DNA from: an uncultured Actinomycetes bacterium
Lineage (GTDB): Bacteria > Actinomycetota > Thermoleophilia > UBA2241
Assembly: GCA_963709345.1 (NCBI GenBank)
Contig: CAVPVX010000007.1
Location: 224,001-288,000 of the forward strand
Length of the DNA stretch: 64,000 nucleotides
Direction: 5' to 3'
Both the position numbers and the translations under genes were made by a program. Below, in pieces: positions 31,801-39,886 of this stretch (position 1 is the stretch's first letter; each line of letters begins with the position of its first letter). Under the pieces are notes generated by a model, which saw only the letters and a program-made list of their open reading frames with translations, was not told the DNA's origin and searched no databases.

Positions 31801-31909
31801 GATCGGGACGCTCCGCGAGCAGCCGTCCGAAAAGCTCCTGGTCGTCCACCCCGCCGACGAGCGCGGCCTTGAGGCTGATGCAGCCGATATCGATGCCGAG
31901 AGTGATCAT
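28793..31909 (-). CDS. CoA-substrate-specific enzyme activase with two BcrAD/BadFG ATPase domains plus DUF2229 (PlsA/Ger-like)
   Basis: GIDIG x2, EMGGETSK / EIGGQDSK, CAAGTGSF x2, RCSVF / RCTVF, CKGCSNEC, GRPYN, FKCGPD. Confidence 0.88.
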   Translation of the reverse strand: MITLGIDIGCISLKAALVGGVDDQELFGRLLAERPDLFQTAAEGLTLVDGAPVLVVLYRRIKGSPADTAAALLAELRAALPPGGLTGARVTGSGGRLVAPAFNAGFENEFKAITRGITALHPGTRTVFEMGGETSKYIRLDSGADGACAGIVDYQTNGDCAAGTGSFMDQQASRLLYEIEDVGDIVLGAGKAASIAGRCSVFAKSDMIHAQQKGYEPPEVLRGLCDAVMRNFKGTIAKGKLVEAPVAFIGGVAANAGAVLSLREAFDLDDERLFIPEFHASIGAVGAALIEADLEHARDAAVGALDAGNLPAAAFPVTEPLSMERVLLLRDMARAFDFDGNGGVIDAYMGIDIGSVSTNLVVIDGEGEVIKEIYTKTDARPVEVVAKGLADIQSEIGARINLLGVGTTGSGRELIGELTGADIVTDEITAHKTGADYIGRRIDRRCDTIFEIGGQDSKFISLQDGIVVDFAMNEACAAGTGSFLEEQAEKLGINIIDEFAELALSSPAPIRLGERCTVFMERDVMAYQQRGARREDLVAGLAFSIATNYLNRLVRERHVGECIFFQGGTAYNDAVAAAFSQILGKEIIVPPHNGVMGALGMALLARERTQRTGEPTTFRGWDLAEVDYTVVDFVCKGCSNECDIRQFTIEGKKTYWGDKCSDRYRKPAKVDKEPVIEDLVAFREQRLLAPYEAARERVPDTAPTVGLARAMYTYDRLPFWATFFAELGLRPVLSPESDKQIREAGVDLTVAEPCFPISAAHGHVQWLLRQGVDWVFVPNQVNEETEFMEYNSHACPWGQTLPFVIKTAPGLEPDKGRILAPRVQFRDGREGLVRDMAEMGASIGANKARVRVALDRAYAAQDEFRSALLVAGAEALRRLDEAGELGVVLVGRPYNMYDKGINMDIPRKLRKFYGVNLIPLDFLPIKGIDIDPLVPNMYWNYGRKILQTATWVRDKDRLHMIYMTNFKCGPDSYIKHYVREASGKPFLTLQFDEHQNDAGAMTRCEAYLDSKGFLRWWSQDAADEARECREEVAGVVAT

Positions 31910-32216
31910 GGGTTCGAGCCGTGTACCTCCAGGGGCGCGGAGCGCCCCGCCGACTGCAAAGGTTACCGTCCGGCGCTTCCGCCCGCAAGCGGCGACCAAC
32001 TAAGATTACTTCACTCCTCTTTTCCGGTCAACGCAGTGCAGGACGGCGCCCCGCGCCGGCGACAGCGGCGCGCACTATCGTGCACCCTGCCGGTGGAGCA
32101 ACGTCACCTGCGCAACGCATCGTGAGCCTGTGCGCCCGAGGGGAACACCCGTAGCATCCGTGCTGTGGCGCGCCGGCCGGCCGCCCTCCAGACAACTCCG
32201 ACCCGTGGGGGCATCC

Positions 32217-33008
32217 GTGAACGAATCGACCACGCTCACCAACCGCGAGCGCCGCGAGAACGTGGCGTTCCTCGGGCAGGCGTTCCTCGCCGCCCAGAAG
32301 CTGCCGGCCGAGATCCTCGACGCCGAAGCCCGCGACCGCTTCTCGTCGCAGCCCGACGAGCAGAGCCGGCTGTTCTACACACTCCTATGCTACGGGGCGC
32401 TGGCGGCCCAGCCGGCGCCCGAGGCGGTCGTCGACGCCGACTGGCGCCGTCTTCTCAGCGCAGGCACGGTGGAAGCGCTGTACTCGGACGAGTTCGACCT
32501 CAAGCGCTACGCCCTCGACCCTCCCGTCTCGCGCAACGACAGCAAGGGCAAGATCATCGACTTCATGCGGCTCGCGGAGGCGCGAGAGACCTGGAGCAGG
32601 CTGCTGCCGCAGCCGGCCGACCCCGACGTCGCCGTCGACGTCCTCCACGCGGCCTCCGGCGGCGCGCTCAAGTCGCGGGCCTTCTGGGTCGTCCGCGAGA
32701 TGCGCCGCTACGGTCTCTGGGACGACGAGGCGCTGGACCGCTTCGCCTGCGTCCCCGACGGGCGGGTGCGCAAGCGCGCCGTGCGCATGGGTCTCATCGA
32801 CCTGCCCGAGAAGGCGGATACTTTCGCCGACATGAAGGCGGTCTCCCGCGCGTTGCATGCGGTGATGCGGCTCGGCGAGTCGCCGGACGGGTGCTTCGAC
32901 TTGCCGATCGGTATGGCCGACCAGCGCTGCGAGGTGTGCGACGCGGCGCGCATGGCCGCGTGCCCGATGCCGCACTGCCGCTGGCGCCGGGAGCACGCTG
33001 CCGCCTGA
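32217..33008 (+). CDS. Hypothetical protein, remote HhH-GPD glycosylase-like with C-terminal Cys cluster
   Basis: KSRAFWVVREM, VPDGRVRKRAVRMG, CEVC-x6-CP-x2-HC; GC3-rich codons. Confidence 0.55.
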   Translation: MNESTTLTNRERRENVAFLGQAFLAAQKLPAEILDAEARDRFSSQPDEQSRLFYTLLCYGALAAQPAPEAVVDADWRRLLSAGTVEALYSDEFDLKRYALDPPVSRNDSKGKIIDFMRLAEARETWSRLLPQPADPDVAVDVLHAASGGALKSRAFWVVREMRRYGLWDDEALDRFACVPDGRVRKRAVRMGLIDLPEKADTFADMKAVSRALHAVMRLGESPDGCFDLPIGMADQRCEVCDAARMAACPMPHCRWRREHAAA

Positions 33009-33022
33009 GACAGATCGGCGGC

Positions 33023-33068
33023 GATGACACGGCGGGCGAAGGCGGCGGCCCTCGCCCGCCGTGTCATC
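33023..33068. terminator. Perfect 17-bp hairpin after 32217-33008
   Basis: GATGACACGGCGGGCGA / TCGCCCGCCGTGTCATC. Confidence 0.65.
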
Positions 33069-33186
33069 TACTGGTACTGACCACCCACTTGCGGTGGCTA
33101 CGCCCGATGGGCTCCGAGGCCTCCGCAGGACATAGTACAGATAGCGAGCGCGCACTGCGTTCGCATGAACGGAGAAAGGGGCCGTG

Positions 33187-33330
33187 ATGGGTGCTCGTGA
33201 GTTGCCGGCCCAGGGAGCGGTCGCACGGGTGACCGCGTTCCGCATCGCGCTGGTGATCGGGACCATCGCCCTGGTGGTCGCGATCGTGCGCGGACGACGC
33301 ACGGCGCCGAGTGTGCCGACCGCAGACTGA
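33187..33330 (+). CDS. 47-aa single-TM small protein (absent from ORF track)
   Basis: GGAGAAAGGGG upstream; hydrophobic IALVIGTIALVVAIV followed by RGRR. Confidence 0.4.
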   Translation: MGARELPAQGAVARVTAFRIALVIGTIALVVAIVRGRRTAPSVPTAD

Positions 33331-33384
33331 GAGCTGAAGCGCGCCGTCCGAGCGGGTTCGTGAGCGAGGCTTTGGCGGCGTGGT

Positions 33385-35880
33385 TCAGCGTACCGTGAGG
33401 GCGGTCGCCACCGGGGCGACCTGGCAGTTCCCAGCTCGATCCCGAGCCGTGAACGTGAGCGTGTAGGCGCCGCGGCGCGGCGGCTTCCACACCAAGACGT
33501 TTCGCACCCCCGCCTTCACCCAGCCGAGCGACAAGGTCGCGGTGTCCCGGCCACGGCTGTCGACGACCGCAACGGTGACCCTCACTTTGGGACTGAACGC
33601 ATCGTCGACTCGGTAGGCGATCCTCGCTCTCCCGCCCGAGGCGACACGCGCGGACGCCGGCGCGACGATCCGAGGCTTCGTCAGGTCCACGGTGACCGCC
33701 TCCGTGAGCGACGACGTGCCGACCGCCCCGGCCGCGGTCACGACCAGGTGGTATGCCCCACTGGTCGCCGAGCCACCGCCGTCCAGCGCCCCATCCCACA
33801 CCACCGACCCGCCGCCTGACGGCAGGGTCGCGACAGGGCGGCCCGCGCGAACGACCGAGCAGGTCACTTCAGCCGGACGAGCCAGCTTGAAGCCGAGCGT
33901 CACCGAGTCGTGCCTGCCGTCGCCGTTCGGGGAGAGCGTCTCGCGAGAGAGCGACACGAACCGCAGCGTGCGATCCACCACCACGTAGCGCCGCAGCGTC
34001 GTCGAATTGCCGGCTGGGTCCCGCACCTCGAGGGCGAGCCTCGCTGAGCCCTCGGGGGCCGCGACCAGAGCGCCCCCGTCGCTTATCCGGCCGTCCCAGG
34101 TCACGCGCTGGACGCGCGCGCCCACCGTCGTCCACGACGTGAGCCTGCGCAGTACGGCTCCCGACGACGACAACACGGAGACGCGCGCCGCCGCGGTCTC
34201 GGACGGCTCGAACCGCAGTGTCGTGCGATCGGCGTGGCCGTCGCCGTTCGGGCTGAAGGGGTCAGGCGAGATCCGGACGTTGTCGACGGCGGGCGGCTTC
34301 GTGTCCAACCGCACGACGCCGGTCGCCGGTCGTGCGGTTCCGCTGGGGCCGGTCGCCGTGGCCACAACCGTGTACCGGCCGTCCGGAAGACGTCGACCTC
34401 CGACATCCTTGCCGTCCCAGACAACGTCGGCGAGGGTCCCGTCGCCGGCGACATGCCACACGGTCTCCCCGCCGGCGGCACGGACCTCCAGCCGCCACGA
34501 CACCATCCGCGACACCGTGAAGCCGATCGCCGCGCCGTCGAGCACGCCGTCGCCGTTGGGGCTGATGGCAGGGTGTTCGACGACGAACCCGTAGATCTTG
34601 GGGTGACCTCTGCGGGCCACGACCTGGCGGACGGTAGGCAGCATCGCGTAGAACCGGTTGCCGGGGCAGTCCGTGTGATTGGCGTCGCGGTGCCCGGCGA
34701 TCGCCGGTAGCTTCACTCGCTGGCCGGTCTTGTATTTCTCGCCGGCGCCGCAGACGAGAGTCGCTGTGCTCCGTGGGTCGATGTGATGCACGTCGAGCTT
34801 CCACTCGAGGAGACGCTCGAGCGACGTCAACGCCGACGACGACGGCGTGACGGCGGAGTACGTGCCGATCACGGAGATACCGGTGCTGCCCGTGTTGTAG
34901 CCCAAGGTCTGGGCGCCGATCACGCCTCTCGTGACACCGCCGTACCTGCCCTCGTAGATGACCCCGTACCGATCGATGAGGAAGTTGTAGGCGACGTCGC
35001 TCCAGCCCAGCGCGCGAGTGTGGTAGTGATACACACCGCGCACGATCGCCGGCGCTTGGGAAGCGCTGTAGCTGTTGCCGCTCGCCGTGTGATGGATGAA
35101 GGCCATCTTGACGGGCGCGTAGGAGGGCGAGCCCCTGCGCCACGACTCATTCGCGCCCCATTTGGCGCGGCTCACGATTCGGGGCTTCGCGATCACGGCG
35201 CCGGCCGGAGAGGCCGGGTCGATGGCCGCGACGGCGGCGGCCGCCCGCCTCAGCACGCCGAGAACGGTGGCGGACCGATCCGCGTCCTCGGTGCTGTTGA
35301 TGGCGACCACCTCGACGTCGCGGAGACTGACCGGCGCACCCGGCGCACCGGTCGCGGCGATCTCGACGAACCGGCCGACTCCGGTCCAGATGGGCTCGGT
35401 GAAGGCTTGCTGGACGCCGCCCTCCTCGGCCGCGCGTTCGAGCGCCACCGAATACCAGCGGCTCCACGTTCGGCCGTCCTCGCTCGTGCGGAGATGGACG
35501 GTGACGGCTCCCCTGCGGCCGGGAGGACGACACGTGACGCCGAGCATGGTGAAGCGCATCCCGGCGTCGAGCCGGGACGGAGCGGCGCCTGCGGAAGGGA
35601 CGAGTGTCTGGGTCCTCGCGCCGGCCTCGACCGCCCGCGCCTCTGCGCCGGTCTCCTCGTGCGGCCCGGCGGCGACGACCAGAGGAGTCGGCACCGTGAG
35701 AGACGCGGAGCGCACGGGAGGCGTGCTCACCCAAGCAGCGGCGGCGGCGCTGACGCGGGGCGCCGCCCAGACGGCGCTCAGCGCCCCCATGACGGCCAGC
35801 ACACAGACGGCCGCCACGCGCGCGGCCCTGGTGTGAGGATGAATCCGCGCCATTCCGCTCCCAGCAGACTGCAGTGGCAT
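33385..35880 (-). CDS. N-acetylmuramoyl-L-alanine amidase (Amidase_2/PGRP) with FlgD-Ig-like repeats; start uncertain
   Basis: IVSRAKWGA, FIHHTA, GWSDVAYNFL, IYEGR, GHRD...TDCPG; three SPNGDG...WDG modules; signal peptide. Confidence 0.88.
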   Translation of the reverse strand: MPLQSAGSGMARIHPHTRAARVAAVCVLAVMGALSAVWAAPRVSAAAAAWVSTPPVRSASLTVPTPLVVAAGPHEETGAEARAVEAGARTQTLVPSAGAAPSRLDAGMRFTMLGVTCRPPGRRGAVTVHLRTSEDGRTWSRWYSVALERAAEEGGVQQAFTEPIWTGVGRFVEIAATGAPGAPVSLRDVEVVAINSTEDADRSATVLGVLRRAAAAVAAIDPASPAGAVIAKPRIVSRAKWGANESWRRGSPSYAPVKMAFIHHTASGNSYSASQAPAIVRGVYHYHTRALGWSDVAYNFLIDRYGVIYEGRYGGVTRGVIGAQTLGYNTGSTGISVIGTYSAVTPSSSALTSLERLLEWKLDVHHIDPRSTATLVCGAGEKYKTGQRVKLPAIAGHRDANHTDCPGNRFYAMLPTVRQVVARRGHPKIYGFVVEHPAISPNGDGVLDGAAIGFTVSRMVSWRLEVRAAGGETVWHVAGDGTLADVVWDGKDVGGRRLPDGRYTVVATATGPSGTARPATGVVRLDTKPPAVDNVRISPDPFSPNGDGHADRTTLRFEPSETAAARVSVLSSSGAVLRRLTSWTTVGARVQRVTWDGRISDGGALVAAPEGSARLALEVRDPAGNSTTLRRYVVVDRTLRFVSLSRETLSPNGDGRHDSVTLGFKLARPAEVTCSVVRAGRPVATLPSGGGSVVWDGALDGGGSATSGAYHLVVTAAGAVGTSSLTEAVTVDLTKPRIVAPASARVASGGRARIAYRVDDAFSPKVRVTVAVVDSRGRDTATLSLGWVKAGVRNVLVWKPPRRGAYTLTFTARDRAGNCQVAPVATALTVR

Positions 35881-35989
35881 CAGGGTACCACGGCTCTCGC
35901 GCAGGGCGGCGCTCCCGCCGGCACGCAACGGGCGGCGGGGCGCTCGTCGCGCCCCGCCGCCCGGACACCTTTGACTCGAGGCCGTGCGC

Positions 35990-37372
35990 CTACGTCACCG
36001 GCGCCGACTCCTCGGTCGCTTCGGGAGCCCGCTCACCGTTCATGCAGCTCCAGATGGGATCGTAGAGGCGCTCGACGTCTGAGGAGTACACGTCGAGCTC
36101 AGCCTGCAGATCGGTGATCATGACGTCGCCGCCGGGATGGGTCGGCCGAGCCCCGGTCGCCGCCATGATCTCGCGTGACTGGTGTGGATTGTCGATCCAC
36201 ATACAGGGCATCAGCAGGTTGTGGTTGAACGGCTGACGACTGCGGATCTCCTGGAAGAACGGCGAGTTGAAAGCATCCAGGAGGCTCACGTCACGGACGT
36301 TGTCGGTGGCGAAGTGCGTGAAGATGCATGGCTCCACCCACCCGTCACTGTTGATGTGCATGTAGTGCCTGCCGGCGATACACCCGCTCACCCAGGGCGC
36401 ATCGCCCCAGAAATCGACGGGGAAGAGCGGCTTGGTGTCGCGGATACGATGGATGGCGAGCCGGAACCCGTTACGCTCCTCCGGCGTCAGCATCATGCTC
36501 AGGTCCGGGTGACGCCCCAAGGGCATGTACAGGAAGTTCCAGCTGAGCATGGCTCCCTTGGCGATCAGCGGATCGACGAACTCGTCGCTCATGATGTGCT
36601 GCCAGTTCTTGCGCATCACAGTGCTTGAATAGCCGAAGAGGACACCGGCCTCGCCCAGCTGATCCATGGTCTCCAGGACCTGGTCGTACACGCCGCGCCC
36701 GCGCCGCTGGTCGGTCATCTCGCGATTGCCCTCCAGGCTCAGCATCGGGGCGATGTTCCCGATCTCGGCGAGCCCGTCGATCATGTCTTGATCGAGGAGC
36801 GTGCCGTTCGTGAAGACCTGGAAGTATGCGTCCTTGTTCTCGCGCGCGAAGTCCAGCAACTCGTCCCACATGAAGGGCTCGCCGCCGAGCATCGTGAAGA
36901 GGTAGACGCCCATGTCGTTGCCCTCGTCCACGATCTTCTGCATCAGCCCGCGATCCAGATCCTGATCGGGCGAGTACTCGGCCGCGTAGCACCCCGCACA
37001 GGTGAGATTGCAGCGCATGGTGGGGCTCATGAGGATCGTCGTCGGGGCGTGCATGCCGGTCGAGTCCACGAGCTCTCTGCGCTTTGCGACGCCGCGAAGC
37101 AATGTATTCACAATAAGACATTCGATGAAGCTGTCGCGGCAACGCGGGCTGAGCTTCGAGGTCACGTGTCTGGCGATGAGCAACGCCGGGTGGTCGTCCT
37201 CGACCTTCTCGGTGACGAAACGCACTGAGCCCTTGTACTGTTCCGGGGTGATCTTCTCCGCAAGCTGGAACGCCTTGACGATCTTCGCTTTGTCGTCGCT
37301 GGCGGCCAGCTTGAGCATCTGGTTGATCGCCTGCCTCTGCACGGCCGTATAGAGGCCGTCCGTACGGCTCAT
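35990..37372 (-). CDS. Radical SAM protein with C-terminal SPASM/twitch-type cysteines
   Basis: CNLTCAGC, GGEP, FTNG, GCIAGRHY.HIN, EPC.F.HF, QPFN.NLL.PC. Confidence 0.92.
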   Translation of the reverse strand: MSRTDGLYTAVQRQAINQMLKLAASDDKAKIVKAFQLAEKITPEQYKGSVRFVTEKVEDDHPALLIARHVTSKLSPRCRDSFIECLIVNTLLRGVAKRRELVDSTGMHAPTTILMSPTMRCNLTCAGCYAAEYSPDQDLDRGLMQKIVDEGNDMGVYLFTMLGGEPFMWDELLDFARENKDAYFQVFTNGTLLDQDMIDGLAEIGNIAPMLSLEGNREMTDQRRGRGVYDQVLETMDQLGEAGVLFGYSSTVMRKNWQHIMSDEFVDPLIAKGAMLSWNFLYMPLGRHPDLSMMLTPEERNGFRLAIHRIRDTKPLFPVDFWGDAPWVSGCIAGRHYMHINSDGWVEPCIFTHFATDNVRDVSLLDAFNSPFFQEIRSRQPFNHNLLMPCMWIDNPHQSREIMAATGARPTHPGGDVMITDLQAELDVYSSDVERLYDPIWSCMNGERAPEATEESAPVT

Positions 37373-37884
37373 CCATCCCCTCCCTTCTCTCGGGTGTGCG
37401 TGCGCACCGCGGTGCGCACACGCTTGTCGTGCCGGCACACGGCGAGGGAGCGAGCGGACGGCGGCGGTCTCTCGGCCGGGCGCCTCGACGCATCGGCTCT
37501 CCCCCGACGGCCTCCGGACGTCTATGCACCTACTGTATCACTCGTGCGAGAGGGTCTCCGGCCTCCGGCCGTCGCTCTGCGCATGCCGCCAGAGGTTCGC
37601 GCCCGCCCATTGGTTGTCGAAGGCCAGAACGACCACATCGTCACGCGAGAGGGGGTGACGGGCGGCGGCCGTGGCGGCCCCGGAGGACCGGAGAGCCAAC
37701 GCCCGGGACCGCCCCCTTCAGGACCGTGACGCTCACCGCGTCCAGTTGCCGGGCTGGCCGGCCGCGCCAGGTCGCGCTCCACACCGGCGCGGGCGGCCGC
37801 ACTTCGAGTCCCTGATGAGCCTCTCGCGATGCTCGTGCGTCGCCAGACTGGCGACACTTGCTGTGTCAATTCGCCTACCAAGGC

Positions 37885-37913
37885 CTCACCTTCTGCACGC
37901 CGGCTGCCGATAC
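37885..37913 (+). promoter_or_regulatory. Putative sigma28 (FliA/WhiG-type) promoter
   Basis: CTCA-N17-GCCGATAC placed so that transcription would start at the riboswitch 5' end. Confidence 0.5.
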
Positions 37914-37917
37914 CCAC

Positions 37918-38002
37918 CTTGAACGACAAAGGCAAACCTGTCGCGAGGCAGGGACGCAAAGCCAGAGGTCTTGGATGATCAAGATAGCTCGGTTGCCGAA
38001 TC
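37918..38002 (+). ncRNA. Cyclic di-GMP-I (GEMM-I) riboswitch
   Basis: AAAGGCAAACC-TGTC-GCGA-GGCA-GGGACGCAAAGCC-AGAGGTCT...GATAGC-TCGGTTGCCGAA: all conserved blocks and a GNRA loop; G at the Vc2 G20-equivalent site. Confidence 0.92.
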
Positions 38003-38144
38003 CGAACTCCGCACTCGCGGATCTCGCCTTCAGCATCTCGCGCGAGGCCAGCGTCCTCCTCCCGACCGGAGCGCCGTCCAGCAACGTCCGCCGGCCTTGA
38101 GCAAGTCGGCAGGCCCAAGGAGCACTGGTGTGGAGGCGATGAAG

Positions 38145-39886
38145 ATGAGACCAAGGTATTTCGTTCTCGCCGTAGCGCTGCTCTGCCTCCTGGTCTTGCC
38201 CGGCACGGCACTGGCCAAGGCCAAGAGCGACGACGACAAGATCGACCAGAGCGTCACGACAGTCCTCAAAGCCACGGGCGGTGATGACGCCGTGCCCGTC
38301 GTGGTGTACACGGAGCCCGATGAGGCGACGGTCGTAGCTGCTGCCGTGCCCGACGTCGTCGAGACCACGGAGATCCCGGCCTTCGATGCCGTCGCCGCTT
38401 ACCTGCTGCCCGACGAGATCGACGCGCTCTCCCTTGACGATTCCGTCCTCATGATCGTCGCCGACAACCCAGTCTTCGGCTTCGACTACGCCAGCTCGCT
38501 CGACATCACCAATCTCGCGATCGGGCTGGATGCAGTCGCATCACCGGCCGAGGGCGGCCCGGACGGCAGCGGCGTGGGCGTCGCCGTCATCGACAGTGGC
38601 ATCACGACGACGTCCGACCTGGGCGACAGCCGCATCGTCGGCTGGAAGGACTTCGTCGACAAGAGAAGGCGGCCGTACGACGACGCCGGACACGGGACCT
38701 TCGTGGCCGGCCTCATCGCCGGAGACGGCACCGCCTCGCTCCCGCTCGACCAGGGCGGCTACGCGACGATGCAGTTCCGCGGCGTCGCCCCGGCGGCCAA
38801 CATCATCGGCGTCAAGGTCCTGGACAGCAACGGCAGCGGGTCGCGCATCCGCGGTCATGTCGGCCATCGTCTGGACGGTCGCCCACAGGAACGCCTACAA
38901 CATCCGCGTGATGAACCTGTCGCTCGGGGCCAACCCGGTCGCCCCCGTGGAGTTCGACCCCATCGCGCGGGCCGTGGAGTTCGCCTGGAAGCACGGCGTG
39001 ACGGTCGTCTGCGCCGCCGGCAACGAGGGCGAGTTCGGCCCCGGCGGGATCCTGTCTCCGGGCAACAGCCCCTACGTCCTGACGGTCGGCGCCAGCGATA
39101 CCCGCCAGACGGCAACGCTCGACGACGACGCCGTCACCTACTACAGCTCGGTCGGGCCGACGCTCTTCGACGAGTTCGCCAAGCCCGACGTCGTGGCGCC
39201 GGGTAACCGGCTCATCTCGACGAGGGTGCCGGGCTCGTACATCGACGTCAACTACCCGCAGAACCTGATCCCGGTGGGAAGCTACGCGCCCACGGCGCCG
39301 GCAGACACTGAAGCCGAGCTATCTGATGCTGTCCGGCACCAGCACGTCCGCGCCGGTCACAGCCGGCGCAGCGGCGCTGATGCTCGGCGCCGACCCAAGC
39401 CTGACCCCCGACGACGTCAAGCTGCGCCTCATGGCCACGGCCGACCCCCTGCCCGGAGCGACCCGCCACCAGCAAGGCGCAGGCCTGATCGACGTCGACG
39501 AGGCTCTGGCCGACACCTCGAGGTCCGAAGGGTATGCTCTCTCTGAAGACCTCGGTGACGGCACGACGATACTCAGCAAGAACGTCTATGCCGCCTGGGA
39601 CACGACGGCATGGAAGAAGTACGGATGGACGAAGTTCCGCTGGACGAAGTTCCGCTGGACGAAGTTCCGCTGGGTGAAGTTCCGCTGGACGGACACCGAA
39701 GTGGAAGCGACGAAGTTCCGGTGGGTGAAGTTCCGCTGGACGGACGTGGGAGCGACGAAGTTCCGCTGGACAGACGTGGGATGGACCAAGTTCCGGTGGA
39801 CGTCCGACTACCAGGCGACCAAGTTCCGGTGGACGGAGTACGACTGGACCAAGTTCAGATGGACGATCCTCATCGAAGGACAGTGA
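38145..39886 (+). CDS. Secreted subtilisin-like S8 peptidase with C-terminal KFRW repeats; two +1 frameshifts (~38838, ~39310), probably assembly errors
   Basis: Signal peptide and propeptide; VAVIDSG (Asp), GHGTFVAG (His), AAGN (oxyanion), KPDVVAPG, SGTSTSAP (Ser) spread over three frames. Confidence 0.88.
39626..39862 (+). repeat. Coding tandem repeat, 15-bp unit TGGACGAAGTTCCGC (WTKFR), 10 copies of KFRW
   Basis: Directly visible; synonymous variants (CGC/CGG/AGA, ACG/ACC) keep the peptide invariant. Confidence 0.95.

Noticed and set aside
26900-37372. Radical SAM enzyme as RiPP maturase for the twin peptides
   Set aside because: About 9 kb apart on opposite strands, with no RRE/PqqD, peptidase or exporter linked; no support beyond proximity
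38830-39325. Programmed frameshifting in the subtilase
   Set aside because: No slippery heptamer at either junction; similar indels are scattered across unrelated genes
39626-39862. CRISPR array or VNTR
   Set aside because: 15-bp in-frame coding units without unique 30-40 nt spacers; no cas genes in the window
39610-39882. DEVPL-repeat N-terminal extension of the phosphatase
   Set aside because: Alternative-frame reading of the KFRW repeat; the GTG at 39883 overlapping the protease stop is the more plausible start
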